Source: Candidatus Latescibacterota bacterium (lineage in GTDB: Bacteria; Latescibacterota; UBA2968; UBA8231). From it: a DNA stretch of 64,000 nucleotides. This document shows positions 19,701 to 27,057 of this stretch, piece by piece. The DNA is taken from positions 2,816,001 through 2,880,000 of the forward strand of contig OZ220089.1 in assembly GCA_964291625.2 (NCBI GenBank), read 5' to 3'. A program made the position numbers and the translations under genes. Positions within the stretch are counted from its first letter, which is position 1, and every line of letters starts with the position of its first letter. Below the pieces are notes generated by a model, which saw only the letters and a program-made list of their open reading frames with translations, did no database searches and was not told where the DNA came from.

Positions 19701-21945
19701 CCATAGCGTGACGGTCATCGAGGCCCCGGTCGTATCCGATGACGGCGGTGACACGGGCGGTGACGATGGTGACACGCCGGATCCGCGTCCGGACGCCCCC
19801 GACCATTTGGTTGGAGAGGACTACAAGGGCGCGCTGGGCGAGGGTGATCAGGGCGGGTTCGTCATGCTCACCTTCGACCTGTCGGCGAACCACTCCACCA
19901 TCGACGGCTACCGCATCTGGCGTGACGTCACCGTCACCCAGGGAGTCGACGACGACGGTAATGTCGTCGAGTTGTCCGAGCCCACGATCAAGCCAGTAGC
20001 TTGGGGCAGCGTGGATGCCATCCCTGGCGTTGACGTGATGCGCGTCGTGGTCGCCACCCTCGACGGAGACGCCACCTTCTACGGCGTCACCGCCGAGAGT
20101 CACGGTCTTGCCAGCGATGTCACCCGTACCGGCGGTGGCGACGATGGTATGGAGGACGACGACGGCATGTCCGACGACGGTATGGAGGACGACGACGGTA
20201 TGGAGGACGACGACGGCATGGAGGACGATGGCGCCGAAGACGACGGTATGGAGGACGATGGCGCCGAGGACGACGGTATGGAGGACGATGGCGCCGAGGA
20301 CGACGGTATGGAGGACGACGGTATGGAGGACGACGGTATGGAGGACGACGGTGGTGAGGACACTGGTGAGGAGACCGGTACCGACACTACCGCCACGGAC
20401 AACAAGCGCGCCTTCACCGTCACCCAGTCCGTCTCCATGCCTTACGAGTTGATGGCCGAGACCATGGTCCGGAGCCGGGAGGCTGCCCAGGGCAACCTGG
20501 AAGGCCCGGTCTTCGCCACGCTGACCCCGGAGGCCCTGGCCTTCCACGAGCGCGGCGGCCTGGTTCCGAGCATGAAGTCGGTCGGGAGCGAGTTGACGGA
20601 TCACATCACGCGCACCGAGGAGGCCGTGCGGGCCATCGACGACATTCCGCCCGCCCCGGTTACCTGGGTCCGTGCCATGGACACTCCGGGTGACGCCGGT
20701 GCCAGCATCACCATCGACTGGACGCGGTCGATCGACGACCGCATCCTGACCTCGGTTGTGCCGCAGGCGATCGGTGAGAACGGCAACATCTTCACCTCCG
20801 CGGGCGTGGAGGCTTACAACATCTCGCGCCGCATCGGCGAGGGCGCCTGGCAGCTGGTGGGCGAGGCCCCGGCCGGTTCCTCCTCCTGGGAGGACCTGAC
20901 CGCCGCCAACGGCGTGCGCTACACCTACAAGGTTGAGCCCAGGGATCTCGAGCAGGTCACCGCTTCGGAGATCGAGAGGTCGGCCATGGCCATCCGCAAC
21001 ACCGTCGTCGACGGCGACGGCAACCGGATCGTCGGGCTCTTCGGCGCTGACAACCGCGTCGACTACGACGACTTCTTCATCTTCGCCGACCACTTCGGTC
21101 TGACCGCCGAGAGCGACCTCTACGAGGCCGCCTTCGACATCATTCCGAACGACGTCATCGATGTCGACGACTTCTTCGCCTTCGCCGAGAGCTTCGGCAA
21201 GGAGGTCGCCGGTATCGGCAAGGCGGTGCCGACGAAGGCCGGTCTGAACAGCGAGGCTCGCTTCTACATCGACAACGCGGCGGCCGAGCTGCCGCGCGTC
21301 GGCGAGGAGATGTCTCTGCTGGTCAGCCTGGCGGACTTCGCCGAGGTTCGGGGTTACGGGTTCACCGTGAACTTCGACAACAGGTACCTCGAGTTCGTCG
21401 AGCCGCGCTTCGAGAACAACCCGCTGGGTGAGGCTGGTCTGGCTCAGCCTCGGGTCATCGCCAACGCCGACGGAGAGATCCACATCGCCGCCTTCGGCGA
21501 GACCGTCAGTGAGGGCGATCTGGGCGTCACCCTGGTCTTCCGGTCCATCGAGGAGATCGAGGAGAGCCTGGTCGAGGTCATGGCCGGCGGCGTGCAGGAC
21601 GGCAGCTACGGGTTGAACCGGATCACCGATCCGGTCGCGATTCGGGTCGAGACGCGTCCCGAGGTCTACGCCCTCGAGAACAACTTCCCGAACCCCTTCA
21701 ACCCGGAGACCACGATCAAGTACCAGTTGCCGGACGCCAACGAGGTCACCCTCGAGGTCTTCAACATGCTCGGCCAGGTCGTGCGGACGATGGTCGACCG
21801 CGAGTTCCAGAACGCTGGCCGCTACAGTTACCAGTGGGATGCCACCAACGACAGTGGGCAGCCCTTGTCCTCCGGAATCTACTTCTACCGCGTCACCGCG
21901 GGCGGGGAGTTCCAGAGCCACAAGAAGATGCTGCTCCTGAAGTAG
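16789..21945 (+). CDS. Large secreted surface protein (1718 aa): Ig/FN3-like beta domains, acidic repeat, dockerin-like pair, cohesin-like domain, FlgD-Ig/T9SS-type C-terminal domain
   Basis: SD GAGGAGG; signal peptide MQRRNYAALFAALVIGFGAIDAHA; DYDDFFIFADHFG / DVDDFFAFAESFG; NNFPNPFNPETTI...SSGIYFYRV...KKMLLLK. Confidence 0.85.
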   Translation: MQRRNYAALFAALVIGFGAIDAHAAEVLSVTIDAPADSGTVLGIDGAFTVTAIVEDYTAFDGDGVIIALVSGSGTDGALEIVGDGTTGGGKTTDPVTAQVVDHPTDTQINAGRTGADLGVQGGAGIVAVRIQRQYGNTDSAHHIGGDATSVRVDPNQEQVTYVWNSKIHVSSTEAKEIRAIAVAVDQTSSTATPAVTTADANTPNAAMSSDAPGNVQFDFDAERPVPLTGLINVGTSGDLPTVVLSDDGVGDVVRTEVAGIGDQLRFDVVVGPANMRLLTRQNHSVVLGINDHTGKELKAYPVSLEGRRADTLQVRQNIGEGDFGDLVGAQDAATTDHVQQLSAPPVARNSATAYLVDPLGNRSRDVGQTVDWASDTDQVGGPDADIPHLLDAKKPVIDGVSGKDFVATGGDTLEIASPDTVTDGTQNDGIDVNPDPVSDDLNPIVYKLHEKLSALNIDIGGVVLKVTNKETAVNQWEIDDSDNVVESMAGDPLAVVPDTVLTDSDDALNNAKDDRVRLIFSVGDDHKVASIETQNLGGTADARDQQGATVLRPAALPTGDLKTGLKTIKVSGTDYAGNTGPAAERADVYVDVDNLAFNGLFPHSDDVTTIEEMSTSDVRFALSEHADSVLISYIYRSGPDRLRPGEAKTRALVGGELLDLDEQVIPATEFIHAGRSDTGLVDDSKYQLTLLGADLAGNYSLTDAGVMTYDTNYVVPPINYFTVSSNPPGGTRTDGKNADGTDSGKCKLAGCGQVAAHKDPQFTVTVNAWNKDKVAALAYGKVNYNNDAVVTLSGGSGEGLTLSGKGVVTEGMPSGVARLTSDAWGVGRIGDVISWKADVKVNAKKAPETHSVKVEDLTSDPDTSFVGKLDSVLVIKDAGYNKIEVTVNDTVHLHSQFRVDLRYIDAFGNTATNADNYVEIGTSVLGVEVPQGAVEVKDGAASFFARSNEHLGDLSFTVRNVTGGVTTVVSHSVTVIEAPVVSDDGGDTGGDDGDTPDPRPDAPDHLVGEDYKGALGEGDQGGFVMLTFDLSANHSTIDGYRIWRDVTVTQGVDDDGNVVELSEPTIKPVAWGSVDAIPGVDVMRVVVATLDGDATFYGVTAESHGLASDVTRTGGGDDGMEDDDGMSDDGMEDDDGMEDDDGMEDDGAEDDGMEDDGAEDDGMEDDGAEDDGMEDDGMEDDGMEDDGGEDTGEETGTDTTATDNKRAFTVTQSVSMPYELMAETMVRSREAAQGNLEGPVFATLTPEALAFHERGGLVPSMKSVGSELTDHITRTEEAVRAIDDIPPAPVTWVRAMDTPGDAGASITIDWTRSIDDRILTSVVPQAIGENGNIFTSAGVEAYNISRRIGEGAWQLVGEAPAGSSSWEDLTAANGVRYTYKVEPRDLEQVTASEIERSAMAIRNTVVDGDGNRIVGLFGADNRVDYDDFFIFADHFGLTAESDLYEAAFDIIPNDVIDVDDFFAFAESFGKEVAGIGKAVPTKAGLNSEARFYIDNAAAELPRVGEEMSLLVSLADFAEVRGYGFTVNFDNRYLEFVEPRFENNPLGEAGLAQPRVIANADGEIHIAAFGETVSEGDLGVTLVFRSIEEIEESLVEVMAGGVQDGSYGLNRITDPVAIRVETRPEVYALENNFPNPFNPETTIKYQLPDANEVTLEVFNMLGQVVRTMVDREFQNAGRYSYQWDATNDSGQPLSSGIYFYRVTAGGEFQSHKKMLLLK
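20140..20358 (+). repeat. Intragenic tandem repeat, 15-bp unit GACGACGGTATGGAG, 14 copies, encoding DDG(M/A)E
   Basis: Read directly from the sequence; three units carry an extra Asp codon. Confidence 0.95.
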
Positions 21946-21972
21946 GAGGCAGGTTCAGTTCCGCTGTAGTTT

Positions 21973-22010
21973 GAAGATGGGATCCCGCCCCAGGGCGGGG
22001 TCCCATCTTC
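21973..22010 (+). terminator. Long GC-rich hairpin after the large surface-protein gene (terminator or mRNA 3' stabiliser)
   Basis: GAAGATGGGATCCCGCCC / GGGCGGGGTCCCATCTTC arms, one G-U pair; no U-tract. Confidence 0.7.
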
Positions 22011-22056
22011 CACATTCACCCGTTACTTCGAACACCTAACCAGCCCGGGCCCAGGA

Positions 22057-23610
22057 ATGCTGATTCTGCGCAAGGCAGCACCGATCGCCGTAGCCCTTTC
22101 CCTCGCCGTGGCGGGCGGGGTCTTCGCCGGGGACAACGAGAACGCGACCTTCACCCTCGTGGGCGAGATGTCCGTCTCCGATGTGGGGGCCGACGAGAGG
22201 GTGAGCCTGGAGGTTGCCGCGGAGGGTTTGGTGGGGGTAAAGCAGTTGGAGGTCGTTCTGCAGGTCTCCGACGCCGCCCACTTCAACCTGAGTTCCGCCC
22301 GACTCGCCCTCGGGGGTGCCTTCGAGGATGTCCAGACCTTGCAGACACCCGGCCTCGTGGAGGAGGGGACGGACAACCAGGTGCGTATGGCCGCCGCCGT
22401 CACCCCGCCGGACCAGGTCGATGGGGAGGCGTCCCTCACCTTGTCGGTGAAGACCTCCGATAGTTTCACGGCCCAGACGGAGGCCTCCTTGAGCGTGGCC
22501 CTGATCTCCATCGGCCCGAGCCGGGAGGACCGCGACGAGTTTACCGCTGAGAGTCTCGGCCTCTCGGTGACGATCAACCCGCCCCCTCCGCCGGTGACCG
22601 AGCCCACTCTGACCGCCTCCACGGCCACCGACGTGAGCGCCGACTACTCGGCCCTGGAGATGGGGTCCTCCGCCGACGGCAGTGACGGCGAGGTCGCCTT
22701 GGGCGTCACCTTTGCCGACGCCACGGGTGCCGCCGCGGCCGGGCAGACGATCACCTTCACCGTGAGCAACGCCGGCTCCGAGACGGTCCATGTCCTCGGC
22801 GAGGGGTCCCTGGCCGGGGGCGAGAGCCTCGAGGTCAGCGTCGACACCGACGCCTCCGGGGCCGCCTCCATCACCCTCGACGCCGAGGGCGACAAGTTCG
22901 CCGGCAGTACCAGCGCCTCGATTTCGGCCGCCACCAGCGCCCCCAACACCGAGGGGGTGTCCAGGGATCTGAGTGTCGACTTCAGCGTCACCTGGGACGT
23001 TCCCGTACCCGCCGAGCTCGCCAGCTTTGCCGGTGAGATCGTCGGCGAGGACGAGATTCTCCTGCGCTGGGGGGTCGCCGCCCAGACCAACAATCTCGGC
23101 TGGGAGGTCTACCGTAGCGTGGACGGCCAGGTCTATGAGCGCGTGGGCGACCTGGTTCCGGGCGCCGGCACCAGCGACGAGTTCCGCACCTACGAGTTCG
23201 TCGATGTCGATCCGCCGGCTGCCGATGTGGTCTTCTACTACCTGCGGCAGATCGATCTGAACGGCGCCGTCAGTCGCTCCGAGACCATCGAGGTCGTCTT
23301 CGCCACCGGACTGGGGGAGCAGGTCGTACCGCTCACCAGCGCCCTGGGGCAGAACTACCCCAACCCCTTCAACCCGGGCACCACCATTCGCTTCGACCTC
23401 GCCGAGGGGTCCTTCGTGACCCTGCGGATCTACGACGGTCTGGGCCAGCGGGTGCGCACCCTCACCGAGGCAGCTCTGCCCGCCGGCAGTTACGGCAAGA
23501 CCTGGGACGGGCGTGACGCGCGGGGTATGAGAGTGGGCAGCGGCGTCTACTACTATGAGCTGCGCGCCGGGTCCTTCGTCTCCATGAAGAAGATGACCCT
23601 CATACACTAG
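22057..23610 (+). CDS. Secreted protein with Ig-like domains and FlgD-Ig/T9SS-type C-terminal domain
   Basis: Signal peptide; VPAELASFAG...LLRW...NNLGWEVYRS...YYLRQIDLNG module; QNYPNPFNPGTTI...WDGRD...SGVYYY. Confidence 0.85.
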   Translation: MLILRKAAPIAVALSLAVAGGVFAGDNENATFTLVGEMSVSDVGADERVSLEVAAEGLVGVKQLEVVLQVSDAAHFNLSSARLALGGAFEDVQTLQTPGLVEEGTDNQVRMAAAVTPPDQVDGEASLTLSVKTSDSFTAQTEASLSVALISIGPSREDRDEFTAESLGLSVTINPPPPPVTEPTLTASTATDVSADYSALEMGSSADGSDGEVALGVTFADATGAAAAGQTITFTVSNAGSETVHVLGEGSLAGGESLEVSVDTDASGAASITLDAEGDKFAGSTSASISAATSAPNTEGVSRDLSVDFSVTWDVPVPAELASFAGEIVGEDEILLRWGVAAQTNNLGWEVYRSVDGQVYERVGDLVPGAGTSDEFRTYEFVDVDPPAADVVFYYLRQIDLNGAVSRSETIEVVFATGLGEQVVPLTSALGQNYPNPFNPGTTIRFDLAEGSFVTLRIYDGLGQRVRTLTEAALPAGSYGKTWDGRDARGMRVGSGVYYYELRAGSFVSMKKMTLIH

Positions 23611-23651
23611 AGAGAGTCGATGCCCGGGCCGACAGTGGTCGCGGAGCACAC

Positions 23652-23686
23652 GGCCGCCGGAACCCGACCGGGATCCGGCGGCCTTT
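23652..23686 (+). terminator. Putative intrinsic terminator hairpin
   Basis: GGCCGCCGG...CCGGCGGCC stem followed by TTT. Confidence 0.55.
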
Positions 23687-23699
23687 GTACATTAGAGAC

Positions 23700-24386
23700 A
23701 TGGCTCGTCTGAAGGTCCTGTTCTTCGCCTCCTGCCGTGAAGCCGCCGGCCTCCGGGAGACCGATGTCGTGCTCGAGGGTCCCAGTACCGTGGCCGGACT
23801 CCTCGACACACTCTGCCGCCGGCACCCGTCCCTGGGGCCTCTCTCGGGCTCCCTGCAGGTGGCCGTGAACGCCGAGTACGCCTCCCGCGACGCCAGCCTG
23901 CGCGATGGCGACGAGGTCGCCCTCATCCCGCCCGTCAGCGGCGGCTCGGGCGACCTCTTCCGCATCGTCACGGAGGCCATTGCCGTGGACGCCCTGCAGG
24001 ACCGGGTGCGGGCCCCGGGCGACGGGGCGGTCGTCACCTTTTCGGGCACGGTCCGCAACCGCACGGGGGAGGTGGAGACCTCCTACCTGGAGTACGAGGC
24101 CTACCCGGAGATGGCGGAACGCGTCATGGCGCGCCTGGCCGAAGAGGCCCGGGAGCGCTGGCCGGTGGGCCGGATCGGCATCCTGCACCGCGTCGGCCGC
24201 CTGGAGATCGGCGAGATCTCCATCCTCGTGAGCGTTGCCGCCGGTCACCGGCGCGAGGCTTTCGAGGCCTGTCACCACCTGGTGGACCGGCTCAAGGAGG
24301 AGGTCCCCATCTGGAAGAAGGAGGTCGGCCCCGACGGCCAGTATTGGGTCGAGGGTCCGGCCGTCCGGGAGGCGCCGGCGCCATGA
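23700..24386 (+). CDS. moaX: Fused molybdopterin synthase MoaD-MoaE (MoaX-like)
   Basis: KVLFFASCRE...VAVNAEY...IPPVSGG followed in frame by GAVVTFSGTVR, LEYEAY, HRVG, PIWKKE. Confidence 0.9.
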   Translation: MARLKVLFFASCREAAGLRETDVVLEGPSTVAGLLDTLCRRHPSLGPLSGSLQVAVNAEYASRDASLRDGDEVALIPPVSGGSGDLFRIVTEAIAVDALQDRVRAPGDGAVVTFSGTVRNRTGEVETSYLEYEAYPEMAERVMARLAEEARERWPVGRIGILHRVGRLEIGEISILVSVAAGHRREAFEACHHLVDRLKEEVPIWKKEVGPDGQYWVEGPAVREAPAP

Positions 24387-24832
24387 TCCTCAACTTCGGA
24401 TGGATCCGGCCCGGCCGCATGGCCGGCTTCGGCCTTTCGGGGGAGCTGACGGCGGCCAATCTCCACACCCTGGAGAGCGCCGGCGTGGGCGCCCTGGTCT
24501 CCCTTACCGCGCAGGCCGTGTGGCCGGAGCCGCGGGGCCTGCGCTATCTGCACCTGCCGGTCCGGGACATGTCCGTCCCGGACCCCGGGCAGATCGACCG
24601 TTTCCTGGAGTTCGTCAACGCCGCCGAGAGCGACGGGCTGGCGGCCGCCGTCCACTGCCGGGCCGGGCTGGGGCGCACGGGCACCATGCTCGCGTGCTAT
24701 CTCGTGGCCCGGGGCGCGGACCCGGAGGACGCCCTGGAGGAGGTCCGCCGCCGCCGTCCCGGGTCGGTGGAGACCCCCGGCCAGGAGGCGGCGGTGCGCG
24801 CCTGTGCCTGGCGGTTGCGCGTTTCGAGCTGA
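24383..24832 (+). CDS. Dual-specificity / Cys-dependent protein phosphatase
   Basis: HCRAGLGRTG P-loop, RRRRPGSVET; ATGA overlap with moaX. Confidence 0.9.
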   Translation: MILNFGWIRPGRMAGFGLSGELTAANLHTLESAGVGALVSLTAQAVWPEPRGLRYLHLPVRDMSVPDPGQIDRFLEFVNAAESDGLAAAVHCRAGLGRTGTMLACYLVARGADPEDALEEVRRRRPGSVETPGQEAAVRACAWRLRVSS

Positions 24833-24898
24833 CCGCGCGCGGGGCATCCGAGCCTCGCGGGGCCGCGGCTCATCCATCGAGAGGGGAGGGCTTCTTGC

Positions 24899-25090
24899 AT
24901 GGATACTGGATTCCCCACCTGCCTGAAGTGCGAGCAGGGTGTGCTGGTGCCGCTGTCCGACTACGGACGCGAGGGCGCCGCAATCCACTACAAGGCCTGG
25001 GTCTGCACCTATCCGGAGTGCGGATACAACCTCCGCATCGACAACGGCGAGCTCAGCGTCGGCAAGGAGGTCCGGGAATCCTGGAAATAG
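24899..25090 (+). CDS. Small zinc-ribbon-like protein (63 aa)
   Basis: SD GGGGAGG; CLKC...CTYPEC four-Cys pattern; compact non-shadow composition. Confidence 0.75.
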   Translation: MDTGFPTCLKCEQGVLVPLSDYGREGAAIHYKAWVCTYPECGYNLRIDNGELSVGKEVRESWK

Positions 25091-25109
25091 CCTCCTCGCG
25101 GGCCTCCTG

Positions 25110-26030
25110 ATGCGGCGCTGGCTCTTCGCCGACTGGGGGCTCAAGGTCGGCGCCGTCCTGTTGGGGGGCTGCCTGTGGCTCTACGCCGTCAGCGGCCACC
25201 CCTTCAGCCGGGAGTTCGCCATCCCCCTGGAGGTCGCCGATCCCGCCAACCCCACCGGCGGCTCCCCCATCGTCCTGGCGAGCCGGCCGCCGTCCACGGT
25301 GCGCGTCGTCGTCAGGGGCGTCGGCATGGACCTGCTGCGCACCTCCGCCTCCGACCTGGAGCTGAGCGTCGCGCCCAGGTGGTCCCGGGAGCTGGGCACC
25401 CTCACGGTCCGCCTGAGGCAGGACCAGGTGAAGATCAACACCGAGTACGACATCGTCGTCGAGAGGGTGGTCGAGCCCCGCGAGCTCAGTCTGCAGGTCG
25501 ACCGGCGCGCCGAGCGCAGCGTACCCGTCCGCCCGAGGGTCGGCCTCCGGATCGCCGATGCCTATACCCAGGTCGGCGGTGTGCGCGTCTCCCCGGATTC
25601 CGTGCGCATGGTCGGACCCGCGAGCCAGGTGAGGTCCGTCGACGGCATCGAGACCGACTCCCTCTTCGCGGAGGATGTCCGGGCCGATGTCGACCGGACG
25701 GTGGCGGTCCGCAAGCCGGAGGACACCATGATCACCCTCATCCCCGAGCAGGTGAGGGTTACCATCGACGTGCAGGAGCTGGCCGAGTACGAGATCCACG
25801 ATGTGCCCGTCGCCGTCCGCGGGGGCCCCGAGGGCGCCGCGGCCAGCCCCGCCCGGGTCACCGTGCGCGTCCGCGGCGGCGCCGACCTCATCGGGGCCCT
25901 GGATCCCGAGACCGACCTCGGCCTCTACGTGGAGTATGCCGCCGGCCGGCTCCCCATCAGGATCCCGGGAGACCGCCTCTACGAGGTCCGCCAGATCGTC
26001 CCGGCCGACGCCGAAGTCCTGCTGCCCTGA
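25110..26030 (+). CDS. YbbR/CdaR-like domain protein
   Basis: DWGLKVGAVLLGGCLWLY anchor; repeated V.V.VRG and PDSVRMVGPAS YbbR-type beta modules. Confidence 0.8.
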   Translation: MRRWLFADWGLKVGAVLLGGCLWLYAVSGHPFSREFAIPLEVADPANPTGGSPIVLASRPPSTVRVVVRGVGMDLLRTSASDLELSVAPRWSRELGTLTVRLRQDQVKINTEYDIVVERVVEPRELSLQVDRRAERSVPVRPRVGLRIADAYTQVGGVRVSPDSVRMVGPASQVRSVDGIETDSLFAEDVRADVDRTVAVRKPEDTMITLIPEQVRVTIDVQELAEYEIHDVPVAVRGGPEGAAASPARVTVRVRGGADLIGALDPETDLGLYVEYAAGRLPIRIPGDRLYEVRQIVPADAEVLLP

Positions 26031-26034
26031 ACGA

Positions 26035-27057
26035 GTGACCCTCCTCGGCCTCGAGACCTCCTGCGACGAGACCTCCGCCGCCGTTCTCGACGACGGCGGC
26101 AGCGTCCTCTCCAACGTAGTTCTGTCCCAGCAGGATCACGCCGCCTACGGGGGGGTGGTCCCGGAACTCGCCTCCCGGGCCCATCTGCGCACCCTGCAGC
26201 CCGTCGTCGAGCAGGCCCTGCGGGAGGCGGATGCCTCCCTGGACGACCTCCAGGCGGTGGCCGTCACCTTCGGCCCCGGTCTTGTGGGCTCCCTCCTCGT
26301 GGGGGTCAACTTCGCCAAGGCCCTGGCCTGGGCCCGGGGGCTGGAACTGGTCGGCGTCCATCACCTGGAGGGCCACCTGTTCTCCGCCCGCCTCGGCGGC
26401 GACGGCCTGGAGCCCCCCTTCGCGGCCCTCCTCGTCTCCGGGGGGCACACCGAGCTGATCCACGTCCGGGCCTGGGGCGACTACCGCTGCCTCGGCCGCA
26501 CCCTCGACGACGCCGCCGGGGAGGCCTTCGACAAGGTCGCCCGGCTCCTGGGCCTGCTCTCCTCCACCTCGGCCGTGCACGGCGGGCGGGTCGTCTCCGA
26601 AGCCGCGGAGAGCGGTGATCCCCGGGCCGTCGACCTGCCCCGGGCGCGGCCGGACCGGGAGGGCCTCGACTTCAGCTTCAGCGGCCTCAAGACGGCGGTC
26701 CGGCGCCGGCTCGCGGACGGCGGCGGGGCGGGACCGTCCACCCAGGACGTGGCCGCCTCCTTCCAGGAAGCGGTGGTCGACGTCCTCGTGGGCCGCACCG
26801 AAGAGGCCGTGGACAAGACCGGCGTGGAGCGGGTCGCCCTGGTCGGCGGCGTGGCCGCGAACCGGCGCCTGCGCCAGCGGCTGCGGGCAGCCCTCGACTC
26901 CCGGGGGGCGGCCCTCTTCGTGCCCGAGCCGGTGCTGTGTACGGACAACGCCGCCATGATCGCCGCCGCCGGCCGCTTCCGTCTCCTCCGCGGCGAGGGC
27001 GGCGACTTCGGGCTGGACGCCCGCCCCCGTCCGCCGCTGCCCGGGCTGGAGGCGTGA
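26035..27057 (+). CDS. tsaD: tRNA N6-adenosine threonylcarbamoyltransferase
   Basis: GLETSCDETS, GGVVPELASRAH, HHLEGH, VSGGHT, FSFSGLKT, CTDNAAMI. Confidence 0.97.
   Translation: MTLLGLETSCDETSAAVLDDGGSVLSNVVLSQQDHAAYGGVVPELASRAHLRTLQPVVEQALREADASLDDLQAVAVTFGPGLVGSLLVGVNFAKALAWARGLELVGVHHLEGHLFSARLGGDGLEPPFAALLVSGGHTELIHVRAWGDYRCLGRTLDDAAGEAFDKVARLLGLLSSTSAVHGGRVVSEAAESGDPRAVDLPRARPDREGLDFSFSGLKTAVRRRLADGGGAGPSTQDVAASFQEAVVDVLVGRTEEAVDKTGVERVALVGGVAANRRLRQRLRAALDSRGAALFVPEPVLCTDNAAMIAAAGRFRLLRGEGGDFGLDARPRPPLPGLEA

Noticed and set aside
16789-20100. Lower-GC segment as a horizontally acquired island
   Set aside because: No mobility genes or boundaries; the shift is confined to one ORF and is better explained by amino-acid composition and high-expression codon usage, though domain-level recombination is not excluded
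20140-20358. Tandem repeat considered as a CRISPR array
   Set aside because: No unique spacers, in-frame coding repeat, no cas genes
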